From contig JBAZEP010000003.1 of assembly GCA_041653835.1 (NCBI GenBank), positions 3,812 through 67,811 on the forward strand: a stretch of 64,000 nucleotides of DNA. The letters are read 5' to 3'. A model generated the notes under the pieces. That model saw only the letters and a list, made by a program, of their open reading frames with translations. It did no database searches and was not told the origin of the DNA. The position numbers and the translations under genes were made by a program. The DNA comes from Candidatus Omnitrophota bacterium (GTDB lineage Bacteria > Omnitrophota > Gorgyraeia > Gorgyraeales > Gorgyraeaceae). Below, one piece after another: positions 36,896-45,712 of the stretch (position 1 is the first letter of the stretch; the number at the start of each line of letters is the position of its first letter).

Positions 36896-39800
36896 ATGAA
36901 TTTTCCGGAATTCGGGGTAAGAAAACCTGTCACGAACCTGATGATATTTTCGGGCATCCTGGTCATCGCTTTATACAGTATTACGAAACTCGGCGTGGAT
37001 TTTTACCCGGAGATCGAGCCTCCCTCGATATCCGTTATCATAACTTATCCCGGCGCCAGCCCCGCGGACGTGGAAACCAAGGTTACAGAGCCGCTCGAGA
37101 ACCAGCTGGGTACTACCCCGGGACTTGAAAAACTTACTTCCCGTTCCATGGAAGGGATAGCGATAATAACCTGTAAGTTCATATGGGGCACCAAACTTGA
37201 CGAGGCATCCAATGACATACGGGACAGGATAGAGCTGGCAAAACGGTTCCTGCCGGATATACCGGACGAGATAGATAATCCTTATATATTCAAGTTTAAT
37301 ACCGCCAATATACCTATAATATTCCTCGGCTTCACCGCCAAAGAGTCTTTTCCTGATCTTCACGACATGATAGATAACAGGATCGGCGATGCCCTGCGCC
37401 AGCTGCCGGGCGTCGGCACTGTGCAGATCCAGGGCGGCGGGCTCGAGAGGCAGATAAATGTCTGGTTTGACAGGCAGAGGCTGGAAGGCTACGGCCTTTC
37501 CATACTTGATATCCAGGCCGTCCTTAAACGTGAGAACATAACTCAGCCCGTAGGGCGTATAAAAACAGGGCTTACGGATTATCTACTGAGGCTGCCTGGA
37601 GAATTCGAGAACCCTGAGGAATTAAATTCCGTTCTTATAGGCAAGGGCCAGGATAAATATGTTTATTTGAAAGATATCGCCAGGGTGGAGGATGGCTTTA
37701 AAGAAGTCACTTCTATTGTCAGGGTGAACAAGAGCCGCGGCATAATGATGTTTGTCCAGAAACAGTCCGGCACGAATACGGTTGAGGTGGCGGCAAGGGT
37801 AAAGAAAAAACTGGCTGAGCTCGAAAATGCCCTGCCAAGCGACGTAAAATCGGTACTGATATTCGATACATCAAAGGATATTATAAATTCTCTTAATTCC
37901 CTGAAAGGAAATATCTGGAGCGCCATAGCGCTCGTAATACTTGTTGTCTGGTTTTTTCTGCGGCAGGCCACGCCCAGCATGATAATAGCGCTTACCATCC
38001 CTTTTTCTCTGCTTATCAGTTTTATTTATCTTTTCCTGTCCGGAAGGACCATGAATATCATAAGCCTTTCAAGCCTGGCGATAGCGAGCGGTATGGTGGT
38101 CGATAACGCCATAGTCGTGGTGGATAATGTCCACAGGTATATACAACGGGGCACAAGGCCCGCGGAGGCATCCATATACGGCACATCCGAAATGTTCCTT
38201 TCAATAGCGGCGTCCACCCTTACTACCATAGTTGTTTTTATCCCGATGCTTTTTGTCGCGGGCGTAGTGGGAATAATGTTCAAGGAACTAGCCGTGATAA
38301 TTATAGTGACGCTTCTCGCGTCATTATTCACAGCCGCGACTTTTTCGCCTATGCTGTGTTCCAAATGGATGAAGCCCGGCGGCGGAACGAAAAAAGTGTT
38401 TCTCCGGAAGTTTTACAACTTATCCGAAAAGATGTTCGGATCATGGGAAAATTTTTACAGCAGGAGCCTGGCGTGGTGCCTGGGCCATAAAAAGACTGTC
38501 ATCCTTGGTTTTTCCGCGGTTTTTATCGCGAGTTTATTTCTGATGCCTTTTATAGGCAACGAATTCTCGCCGGAAGAGGATTCCGGGGATGTCAGGGTAA
38601 ATGTCGAACTTCCCATAGGTACAAGGCTTGAAGAGAGCGATAAGCTGGCGGGCATAATCGAGGATATTTTAGAAAAGGATGTCCCGGAGAAAGTTTATTA
38701 TTATGTGAGAAGCGGGGATGTCCAGGGCATAGGCAGGACCTTTGGCAATGCTTCCGGGAGCCATGTAATCGCGTCGGGAGTGAAACTTGTGCCTAAGACG
38801 GAACGAAAACGGTCTGTCAAGGACGTGGCGCAGGCCTTAAGAAAAAAGATAAGCGCTTTGCCGGGAGTGGTTAAGACAGACGCTTCAACAGGCACTCCCC
38901 TCGGCAGGATCATATCCGGGATGGGGGGCAAGGCTGTCCAGGTGGAGATTGTCGGCAACTCATTCGAAAAAACAGATAAGGCCGCGGCTGATATAAAAGC
39001 CATAATGGAGAAAGTCCCCGGCGCTGTAGACATTACGATATCAAGGGAATTGAGGAGGCCTGAGCTCAGGATGAAGGTTGACAGGGAAAAAGCCGCTGGA
39101 TTAGGGCTTGATATGAATACCGTTGCATCCAGCCTGAAGAGTTATATAGAAGGCTCCACAGCCACGCGATACAGGGAAGGAGGCGAGACATATGATATAC
39201 ATGTCAGGCTCGAAGAAGCTTCTCGTTCAAGCGTGGAAGACATCGAAGATCTTTTTATAGTTTCGCCATATACCAAAAAACAGGTCAGGTTCGGGAATAT
39301 CGCGGATGTCTATGAGACAAAAGGCCCTGTTGAAATAGAACGCCTGAACCGGGAAAGAGTGGTAAGGGTGGAGTGCAATACCTACGGCCGTTCAACGGGA
39401 AAGGTAGTGGAGGATATAAAGGAAAGGCTCAAAGGCATGTTGTTGCCGTCGGATGTAATGATAAATTTCGGAGGGGATGTCGAGGAGCAGGCAAAGGCGT
39501 TCAGGGACCTGTTGTTATTATTGATACTCGGGATAATGCTTGTTTATATGGTCATGGCGGCGCAGTTCGAATCCCTGAGAGACCCTTTTATCGTCATGTT
39601 CAGCATACCCTTTACTTTTACCGGCGTCCTGGCGGCTTTTTTTCTGACAAGGACTACGCTCAGCATTATAAGTTTTTTAGGCATGATAATGCTTATGGGT
39701 ATAGTGGTAAATAACGCCATAGTCCTGATCAGTTATATAAACATTTTACGCGCGAGAGGATTGGCGGTAATGGACGCGGTTACGCTTGCCGGCAAAGAGA

Positions 39801-40030
39801 GGCTCAGGCCTGTGCTCATGACTACTATTACCACGATGGCAGGGCTTCTGCCCCTGGCAATGTCAAGGGGCGAAGGCTCAGAGACGTGGAATCCGCTCGG
39901 TATCACGATGATAGGCGGCCTGACGGTATCCACTTTTGTTACCATGCTTTTTGTCCCTACACTCTACGCGATTTTTGAAACGAGGCTTGGAAAAAGAAAG
40001 GCAAAGAAAGCGGAAGAGAGGCCGTCATGA
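36896..40030 (+). CDS. AcrB/AcrD/AcrF-family RND permease
   Basis: 1044 aa; GMVVDNAIVV, GIVVNNAIVL and RLRPVLMTT motifs. Confidence 0.95.
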   Translation: MNFPEFGVRKPVTNLMIFSGILVIALYSITKLGVDFYPEIEPPSISVIITYPGASPADVETKVTEPLENQLGTTPGLEKLTSRSMEGIAIITCKFIWGTKLDEASNDIRDRIELAKRFLPDIPDEIDNPYIFKFNTANIPIIFLGFTAKESFPDLHDMIDNRIGDALRQLPGVGTVQIQGGGLERQINVWFDRQRLEGYGLSILDIQAVLKRENITQPVGRIKTGLTDYLLRLPGEFENPEELNSVLIGKGQDKYVYLKDIARVEDGFKEVTSIVRVNKSRGIMMFVQKQSGTNTVEVAARVKKKLAELENALPSDVKSVLIFDTSKDIINSLNSLKGNIWSAIALVILVVWFFLRQATPSMIIALTIPFSLLISFIYLFLSGRTMNIISLSSLAIASGMVVDNAIVVVDNVHRYIQRGTRPAEASIYGTSEMFLSIAASTLTTIVVFIPMLFVAGVVGIMFKELAVIIIVTLLASLFTAATFSPMLCSKWMKPGGGTKKVFLRKFYNLSEKMFGSWENFYSRSLAWCLGHKKTVILGFSAVFIASLFLMPFIGNEFSPEEDSGDVRVNVELPIGTRLEESDKLAGIIEDILEKDVPEKVYYYVRSGDVQGIGRTFGNASGSHVIASGVKLVPKTERKRSVKDVAQALRKKISALPGVVKTDASTGTPLGRIISGMGGKAVQVEIVGNSFEKTDKAAADIKAIMEKVPGAVDITISRELRRPELRMKVDREKAAGLGLDMNTVASSLKSYIEGSTATRYREGGETYDIHVRLEEASRSSVEDIEDLFIVSPYTKKQVRFGNIADVYETKGPVEIERLNRERVVRVECNTYGRSTGKVVEDIKERLKGMLLPSDVMINFGGDVEEQAKAFRDLLLLLILGIMLVYMVMAAQFESLRDPFIVMFSIPFTFTGVLAAFFLTRTTLSIISFLGMIMLMGIVVNNAIVLISYINILRARGLAVMDAVTLAGKERLRPVLMTTITTMAGLLPLAMSRGEGSETWNPLGITMIGGLTVSTFVTMLFVPTLYAIFETRLGKRKAKKAEERPS

Positions 40031-40323
40031 TGAAGATGGTAATGGTAGTTTACAACGAAATAATGGACATGGAAGTGATGGAGGCGCTGGATAATTGCGG
40101 GGCGAAGAATTATACCAAGGTTACCGGCGCTTTAGGCAAAGGCGTTACTTCCGGCACTCATCTGGGAAACGACATCTGGCCCGGGAAAAATAATATCCTG
40201 TACGCGGCATGCGATAGCGCGGCGGCGGACAAACTATTCTCCTGCGCCGGAGAATTACGCAAAAAACTTGGCAGGGAAGGCATTAAGGCATTTAGCTGGG
40301 AATTGGACAGGGTAACGGAATAA
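40027..40323 (+). CDS. PII-like transporter-associated protein (PG0541-like)
   Basis: YTK...G.G..SGTHLG..IWPG.N, immediately after the RND gene. Confidence 0.75.
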   Translation: MMKMVMVVYNEIMDMEVMEALDNCGAKNYTKVTGALGKGVTSGTHLGNDIWPGKNNILYAACDSAAADKLFSCAGELRKKLGREGIKAFSWELDRVTE

Positions 40324-40366
40324 TTTTCTCGCCTTGCCCTGCGTTTTATGATATAGTCATAACATT

Positions 40367-40903
40367 GTGGATATTCAGGATAGCTGGGAAAAAGCGTTAA
40401 AATACACAAAGATCATAAGGCCGAGGCCGAAGGACCTGCTGACATTCGAACCTACGGATGTGCCTTACCTGTTCCTGGCGGAATCGTCTGTCAATCTGGG
40501 CGATACCGTGGTCAGGAAAGGCGAGGTGCGCGTCGAAAAACCAAACATAATCCTCCCGTCTAATATGCCCCAGTTCGAGGGTTTTGATTTTGACAGGGAA
40601 TTCCAATACGGGCAGGATACGATATTGAACTTTCTTCTTGTCAGGGGCGTCTCATTCCCCTCCCTTAAGTATAACAATAAAACTTCTTCGCTCGATATCT
40701 ATGAGGGCCATCTCGAAAAGGCCGTCGGTTATTATCGCGATAAATTGGAAAGAGGAGAAGATGTCCACAGGGGGCTGGTTACCGGCCCGGAAGACTCCTG
40801 GCAGTTTTCCGTCCTTATCTTTATAGCCTCCCAGATAATACGCTCGGCAGACGGCGATATAAAAAGATTATTGGAACGGTTCAGGGAAGATCGGGATAAT
40901 TAA
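40367..40903 (+). CDS. hypothetical protein
   Basis: 178-aa ORF fills the gap between flanking genes; no motif recognised. Confidence 0.7.
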   Translation: MDIQDSWEKALKYTKIIRPRPKDLLTFEPTDVPYLFLAESSVNLGDTVVRKGEVRVEKPNIILPSNMPQFEGFDFDREFQYGQDTILNFLLVRGVSFPSLKYNNKTSSLDIYEGHLEKAVGYYRDKLERGEDVHRGLVTGPEDSWQFSVLIFIASQIIRSADGDIKRLLERFREDRDN

Positions 40904-40954
40904 GGTTGAACCTTTGATGCCTTGTTTCCATGGCAAAGGTTCAACCTTAATTAT
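40896..40954. repeat. 21-bp inverted repeat with 17-nt loop over a stop codon (REP-like or terminator)
   Basis: ATAATTAAGGTTGAACCTTTG / CAAAGGTTCAACCTTAATTAT. Confidence 0.85.
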
Positions 40955-40962
40955 TTGTGCCC

Positions 40963-41991
40963 ATGCAGAAAAAAGATATCAAAAACCTCACGCTCGAAGA
41001 ATTAAAGGAAGAATTCGGCAGGATTTCCGAGCCTTTATACAGGGCGGCGCAGGTATTTTCCTGGGTCTATAAAAAAGGCGCGGCTGATTTCAGCGCCATG
41101 AATAACCTTCCAAAGGCATTGCGGGATAAGCTGGCGCTGCATTTTTGTATCGGCGCCATAAAACCCCTGAGGCATCTCAAATCTATTGATAAGGCGGAAA
41201 AAGTCCTTTTTCAGCTTACCGACGATAATAAGATAGAAACAGTCCTTATTCCCGCCGCCAGGAGGAATACTCTCTGCGTATCTACGCAGGCGGGCTGTAA
41301 ATACGCGTGCTCTTTCTGCGCGAGCGGCATGAATGGTTTTAAAAGGAACCTCACAACGTCGGAAATATTAAGCCAGGTGTTATTTATGAAGTATAACCTG
41401 AAACACGATCTGACGAATTTTGTTTTTATGGGCATGGGCGAACCTTTTGATAATTATGAAAATGTAGTTAAGGCGATAAGGATAATGAATTCACCCGGGG
41501 CATTGGCGATAGCCGCCAGGAGGATAACTGTTTCCACCTCCGGGATAATACCGGGTATAGAAAAATTCAAAGAATTAGGATTGCAGGTCAATCTTTCCAT
41601 ATCCCTGCACGCCGCGGATAACGCGCTCAGGGATAGATTGATGAGTGTAAATAAAAAATACCCTCTTGAAGAACTCTTAAAGGCTTGCGAAGGTTATATC
41701 AGTTTCGGCGGCAGGATGATCACGCTTGAGTATATAGTAATCAAAGGCGTTAATGACTCTCCGCGGGACGCGGGAGGGCTGGCGCGGATAGCGAAAAGGC
41801 TGAAAGCAAAGGTAAATCTTATAACTTACAGCGATACAGGAATAGCTGATTTTCAGGCCCCTATTAAAGAGGATGTGGAAAGTTTTAAAGATAGTCTTAT
41901 CGAAAAGGGAGTTAACGCGACCATAAGGGAATCCAAGGGCAAAGACATAATGGCGGCATGCGGCCAACTCGCCGCTAGCCCCGTGTCCTAA
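40963..41991 (+). CDS. rlmN: 23S rRNA m2A2503 methyltransferase
   Basis: CVSTQAGCKYACSFC, MGMGEP, ISLHA and ACGQL motifs. Confidence 0.93.
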   Translation: MQKKDIKNLTLEELKEEFGRISEPLYRAAQVFSWVYKKGAADFSAMNNLPKALRDKLALHFCIGAIKPLRHLKSIDKAEKVLFQLTDDNKIETVLIPAARRNTLCVSTQAGCKYACSFCASGMNGFKRNLTTSEILSQVLFMKYNLKHDLTNFVFMGMGEPFDNYENVVKAIRIMNSPGALAIAARRITVSTSGIIPGIEKFKELGLQVNLSISLHAADNALRDRLMSVNKKYPLEELLKACEGYISFGGRMITLEYIVIKGVNDSPRDAGGLARIAKRLKAKVNLITYSDTGIADFQAPIKEDVESFKDSLIEKGVNATIRESKGKDIMAACGQLAASPVS

Positions 41992-42028
41992 TGTCACATT
42001 TAAGACACTGTCTTAAATGTGACATTAG
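41988..42028. repeat. 41-bp perfect palindrome, family A; supplies the rlmN TAA
   Basis: CTAATGTCACATTTAAGACA-C-TGTCTTAAATGTGACATTAG. Confidence 0.95.
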
Positions 42029-42046
42029 AGAATTAAGGGAGAGGCA

Positions 42047-42730
42047 ATGATAAAAATCGGCATAAAAAAATGGCCGAAGGACGAGAGGCCCAGGGAAAAA
42101 CTCTTTAAATACGGGGAGCACACGCTGACCAACGCGGAACTCCTGGCGATATTATTCCGTTCGGGCGTAAAAGGCGCGAGCGCGGTGGATTTGGCAAGGC
42201 AGGTGATGGCGCACTTCAAGACTTTCAGGAACATGAGCCATACTGATATTTCCGAGATGAAGAAGTTTAAGGGCCTGGGAGAGGCGAAGATAGCGCAGTT
42301 AAGGGCGAGTTTTGAAATAGCGAGGCGGTTTATGTCCGAGCCCAAAAAGACATCAGGCTCGATAAAATCCCCGAAGGACGCTATTGAGCTTTTTATGCCG
42401 AGATTAAGGGATATCAAAAAAGAGGTGTTCCAGGTACTGCTGTTGAACAGCAAAAATAATATAATAGAAATAGCCGAGATAGAGGAAGGGACTGTTGACC
42501 AGGCAAACCCGCAGATAAGGGAGATAGCTTTAAAGGCGCTTCAAAAATTCGCGGTAAGTATAATAGCGGTACATAATCATCCATCAGGGGATCCTGAGCC
42601 GAGCAGGGAAGATGAGGCGTTTACGAGAAATCTCGCGACAGCCTGCAGGGCATTGCAAATAAACGTCCTGGACCATATAATAATAGGAGATAATAGGCAT
42701 TACAGTTTCGCGGAACATAAGCATCTGTAG
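42047..42730 (+). CDS. radC: RadC/JAB-domain protein
   Basis: ERPREKL, HhH GLGEAK, HNHPSGDPEPS.ED and LDHIIIG motifs. Confidence 0.93.
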   Translation: MIKIGIKKWPKDERPREKLFKYGEHTLTNAELLAILFRSGVKGASAVDLARQVMAHFKTFRNMSHTDISEMKKFKGLGEAKIAQLRASFEIARRFMSEPKKTSGSIKSPKDAIELFMPRLRDIKKEVFQVLLLNSKNNIIEIAEIEEGTVDQANPQIREIALKALQKFAVSIIAVHNHPSGDPEPSREDEAFTRNLATACRALQINVLDHIIIGDNRHYSFAEHKHL

Positions 42731-42807
42731 GCGCCCGTAGCTCAATTGGATAGAGTGGCTGGCTTCGAACCAGCAGGTTGGGTGTTCGATTCACCCCGGG
42801 CGCACCA
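42731..42807 (+). tRNA. tRNA-Arg(TCG)
   Basis: Anticodon arm GCTGG-CTTCGAA-CCAGC; encoded CCA. Confidence 0.93.
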
Positions 42808-42875
42808 TGCCTAAATATTATTGACGGATTTTTTAACCTGTGATATCATTTAATCTTAACATCTGAACTAAGAGT

Positions 42876-42951
42876 GCCCCCATAGCTCAGTTGGTAGAGC
42901 ACCTGACTCTTAATCAGGGTGTCACAGGTTCGAGCCCTGTTGGGGGTACCA
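42876..42951 (+). tRNA. tRNA-Lys(CTT)
   Basis: CCTGA-CTCTTAA-TCAGG; GGTTCGAGCCC; CCA; promoter TTGACG-17-TATCAT upstream. Confidence 0.95.
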
Positions 42952-42952
42952 C

Positions 42953-43037
42953 GCGAGGGTGGCGGAATTGGCAGACGCGCTAGCCTTAGGAGCTAGTGGG
43001 GAGACCCCTGAGGGTTCGACTCCCTCCTCTCGCACCA
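42953..43037 (+). tRNA. tRNA-Leu(TAG)
   Basis: CTAGC-CTTAGGA-GCTAG; long variable arm; CCA. Confidence 0.95.
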
Positions 43038-43091
43038 AATGTGCTGTATGCTTCTAACCTGGTTAGAAGTAGATGAGAAGTAGATGTGTAC

Positions 43092-43166
43092 GCGGGAGTA
43101 GCTCAGTGGTAGAGCTTCTCGTTGCCAACGAGAAGGTCGCGGGTTCGAACCCCGTCTCCCGCTCCA
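43092..43166 (+). tRNA. tRNA-Gly(GCC)
   Basis: TCTCG-TTGCCAA-CGAGA; U73 discriminator and CCA. Confidence 0.95.
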
Positions 43167-43180
43167 TTGTTTTAGCAGTA

Positions 43181-43298
43181 GGGGTTCGAAGAGAGCCCTG
43201 TTTTGAAATACGACGAACAGGAGGATTTCAAGGGCGAGTGGCCGACCCGTAGTCCGCCGTTAGGCGGACGAAGGGCGCCGAACCCCGTCTCCCGCTCC
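43181..43298 (+). other. tRNA-anchored structured element B (homolog of element A)
   Basis: 43181-43190 is the reverse complement of tRNA 43144-43153; 43279-43298 directly repeats 43146-43165; shares CGACRAACAGGAG, GAGTGGCCGACCCG and GGGCGC with element A. Confidence 0.85.
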
Positions 43299-43300
43299 GA

Positions 43301-43705
43301 GTTCCGCCGAAGGCGGAACGAGTCCCGAGCAGCAATTTAGCTTGAAGATAGCTGCGAGGGACAAGATAAAAATGTGGTATTTATATATAGTAAAGTGTAA
43401 GGACAGTTCTTTATATACCGGCATATCTAAAAATGTTAAAGATAGAGTGTTGGCGCATAATAACGGCAAAGGTTCAAAGTATACTAGGAATAGAAAACCC
43501 GTAGAGTTAATATATACAGAAGAATTTGGAACCAAGAGTGAGGCATTAAAAAGGGAAATAGGAATAAAAAAGCTTAGCGCCAAGAATAAAGATAGATTAG
43601 TACGGAAAAAAGAAAAATATAGATTAGGCTAGCAAGCAAATAGGTCCCTCGCCGCCCGATGGTAAAAACTATAGCGGCTCGGGATCGAATTTGCTTCGCA
43701 AATTC
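43301..43705. mobile_element. GIY-YIG cassette within nested inverted repeats (four-way junction)
   Basis: TCCCGAGC 43323-30 / GCTCGGGA 43677-84; GCGAGGGAC 43354-62 / GTCCCTCGC 43644-52; terminal hairpins at 43301-19 and 43687-705. Confidence 0.6.
43372..43632 (+). CDS. GIY-YIG nuclease (UPF0213/YhbQ-like)
   Basis: WYLYIVKCKDSSLYTGIS...R...HN.GKGSKYTR...EALKRE..IK. Confidence 0.9.
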   Translation: MWYLYIVKCKDSSLYTGISKNVKDRVLAHNNGKGSKYTRNRKPVELIYTEEFGTKSEALKREIGIKKLSAKNKDRLVRKKEKYRLG

Positions 43706-43716
43706 GGGAGGAACAG

Positions 43717-44187
43717 ATGCACATACTTGATTTTTTGAATGAAAAGGCGGTATCGGCTGACCTGAAATCACAGGATAAAAACAGCGCCATAAAAGAGCTC
43801 ACGGATCTCTTGGTAAAATCAGGCCAGTTAAAGCCTAAAGACCGGGACTCCGTCGTCAAGGTGCTTTTGAACAGGGAAGCCCTTGGGTCGACCGGCATCG
43901 GGCAGGGCGTCGCCATACCGCACGGGAAATGCGAATATGTGAATGAACTCATAGGCGCTTTCGGGGTGTCCAAGGCCGGCATAAAGTTCGATTCGCTGGA
44001 CGGAGAGCCTGCCTATATATTTTTCCTGCTATTGGCCCCTGTAGAATCATCAGGACCTCATCTAAAGGCGCTGGCGCGTATCTCAAAATTATTAAAAGAT
44101 AAGTACTTCAGGGATTCGTTGAAAAAATCAGACAGCGAAAAAGCGCTGATCAAGACCATAAAAGAAGAAGATCAAAGAAGGGCATAA
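43717..44187 (+). CDS. ptsN: PTS EIIA (Ntr/fructose-type)
   Basis: REALGSTGIGQGVAIPHG and HLKALARIS motifs. Confidence 0.88.
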   Translation: MHILDFLNEKAVSADLKSQDKNSAIKELTDLLVKSGQLKPKDRDSVVKVLLNREALGSTGIGQGVAIPHGKCEYVNELIGAFGVSKAGIKFDSLDGEPAYIFFLLLAPVESSGPHLKALARISKLLKDKYFRDSLKKSDSEKALIKTIKEEDQRRA

Positions 44188-44193
44188 AACTAT

Positions 44194-45438
44194 ATGAGAA
44201 GGTTTAAATGGCTTTATCCCGGGATGAAAATAAAGCGCTGGATATTTACATCTTCCACCGGCGTTTTACTTGTAGCCATAGGTTCTATCATATGGATGCT
44301 TAAAAAATTCCCGGATTCCAGGATCATAGGCATTTCCATAGCCATTCTCGGCGCCCTCGTAGTCATATACGGCATGAAGAGGATGCTGAAATCGTTCGTC
44401 GCGGTCTTTCTCCCGCAAAGAGAAAAAGAGCTTGTCGATATAATGTATCATTACCGGCAGCTTGAAAAAGGTCCGAAGATAGTGGTAATAGGGGGAGGCA
44501 CAGGGCTTTCTACCATACTCCACGGTTTAAAGGAACAGACAAGCAATATCACCGCAATAGTAACAGTCGCGGATGACGGCGGGTCTTCCGGCAGGTTGCG
44601 GGAGCAGTTTGACATACTTCCCCCCGGGGATATAAGGAACTGTCTTGTCGCGCTGGCGGACGCGGAACCGTTAATGAGAGAACTGTTCCAGTTCAGATTC
44701 GGCGACGGGTCGGAATTAAAAGGGCATAGTTTCGGGAATTTATTCATAACCGCGATGTGCAAGGTTACGGGAGATTTCGAAAAGGCGATAAAAGAATCCA
44801 GCAAAGTCCTCGCGATAAGGGGGAGGGTCATCCCGTCCACGTTCGAGAAAGTAAAACTCGTCGCGGAGTATGTCAATGGCCAGAAGACCGTGGGCGAGAC
44901 AAAGATAGGCAAGCAAAATGCGCCGATAAAAAAGGTCTACCTGGATCCTTTGCATTGTAAAGCCAGCGGGGAATCTTTCGAAGCGATAGCCGAGGCGGAT
45001 ATAATAGTGCTCGGGCCGGGCAGTCTTTATACAAGCGTTATACCCAACCTGCTGGTAGACGGCATCGCGGAAAAGATAGCGTTGTCCAGGGCGCAGAAGG
45101 TTTACGTGTGTAACGTCATGACCCAGGCGGGAGAGACGGATAATTATACGGCGTTTGATCATATGAACGCGCTTATAACGCATACAAGGCCCGATATAAT
45201 AAATTATTGCATAGTAAATACCGGAAAAGTCCTCAAAGAACTCCTTAAAAAATATGAAGAAGAAGGCGCTTATCCCGTGGTGGCCGATTCGGATAAGATC
45301 ATCGAGAACGGTTACAACGTGATAGAGGGCGACGTCGTGAATATCCAGAATTACGTGAGGCACGACGCCAAAAAACTCTCAAAGATCATTATAGACCTTA
45401 CCCTCAAGACAAAAGGCAAAAAAATATCCATTGATTAG
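44194..45438 (+). CDS. YvcK/GlmR (CofD-like) protein with N-terminal TM segments
   Basis: GGGTGLS, VADDGGSSGRLR, PPGDIRN and GPGSLYTSVIPNL motifs. Confidence 0.92.
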   Translation: MRRFKWLYPGMKIKRWIFTSSTGVLLVAIGSIIWMLKKFPDSRIIGISIAILGALVVIYGMKRMLKSFVAVFLPQREKELVDIMYHYRQLEKGPKIVVIGGGTGLSTILHGLKEQTSNITAIVTVADDGGSSGRLREQFDILPPGDIRNCLVALADAEPLMRELFQFRFGDGSELKGHSFGNLFITAMCKVTGDFEKAIKESSKVLAIRGRVIPSTFEKVKLVAEYVNGQKTVGETKIGKQNAPIKKVYLDPLHCKASGESFEAIAEADIIVLGPGSLYTSVIPNLLVDGIAEKIALSRAQKVYVCNVMTQAGETDNYTAFDHMNALITHTRPDIINYCIVNTGKVLKELLKKYEEEGAYPVVADSDKIIENGYNVIEGDVVNIQNYVRHDAKKLSKIIIDLTLKTKGKKISID

Positions 45439-45448
45439 GTGATTTGCC

Positions 45449-45712
45449 ATGTTGATAGAAAAAAAATTAACGATCCGGAATGAACAGGGGCTCCACGCGA
45501 GGCCGGCCGCGATATTCGTCCAGATAGCCAATAAATACGAGAGCGATATCATCGTAAAAAAAGGCAGGCAGGGCGTTAACGGGAAATCTATCATGGGCCT
45601 CCTGACCCTGGCCGCGGAAAAAGGCGCTGTGCTCCATATTAAGGTAAACGGCGCGGACGCCAAGGAAGCCATCGAGGAACTTGAAAAGGTAATATTGGGA
45701 GAAATGCCATAA
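45449..45712 (+). CDS. ptsH: HPr phosphocarrier
   Basis: GLHARPAA and NGKSIMGLL motifs. Confidence 0.95.
   Translation: MLIEKKLTIRNEQGLHARPAAIFVQIANKYESDIIVKKGRQGVNGKSIMGLLTLAAEKGAVLHIKVNGADAKEAIEELEKVILGEMP

Noticed and set aside
42047-42730. radC next to tRNAs as a mobile-element marker
   Set aside because: It is the full-length HhH+JAB chromosomal type, with no integrase or cargo nearby.
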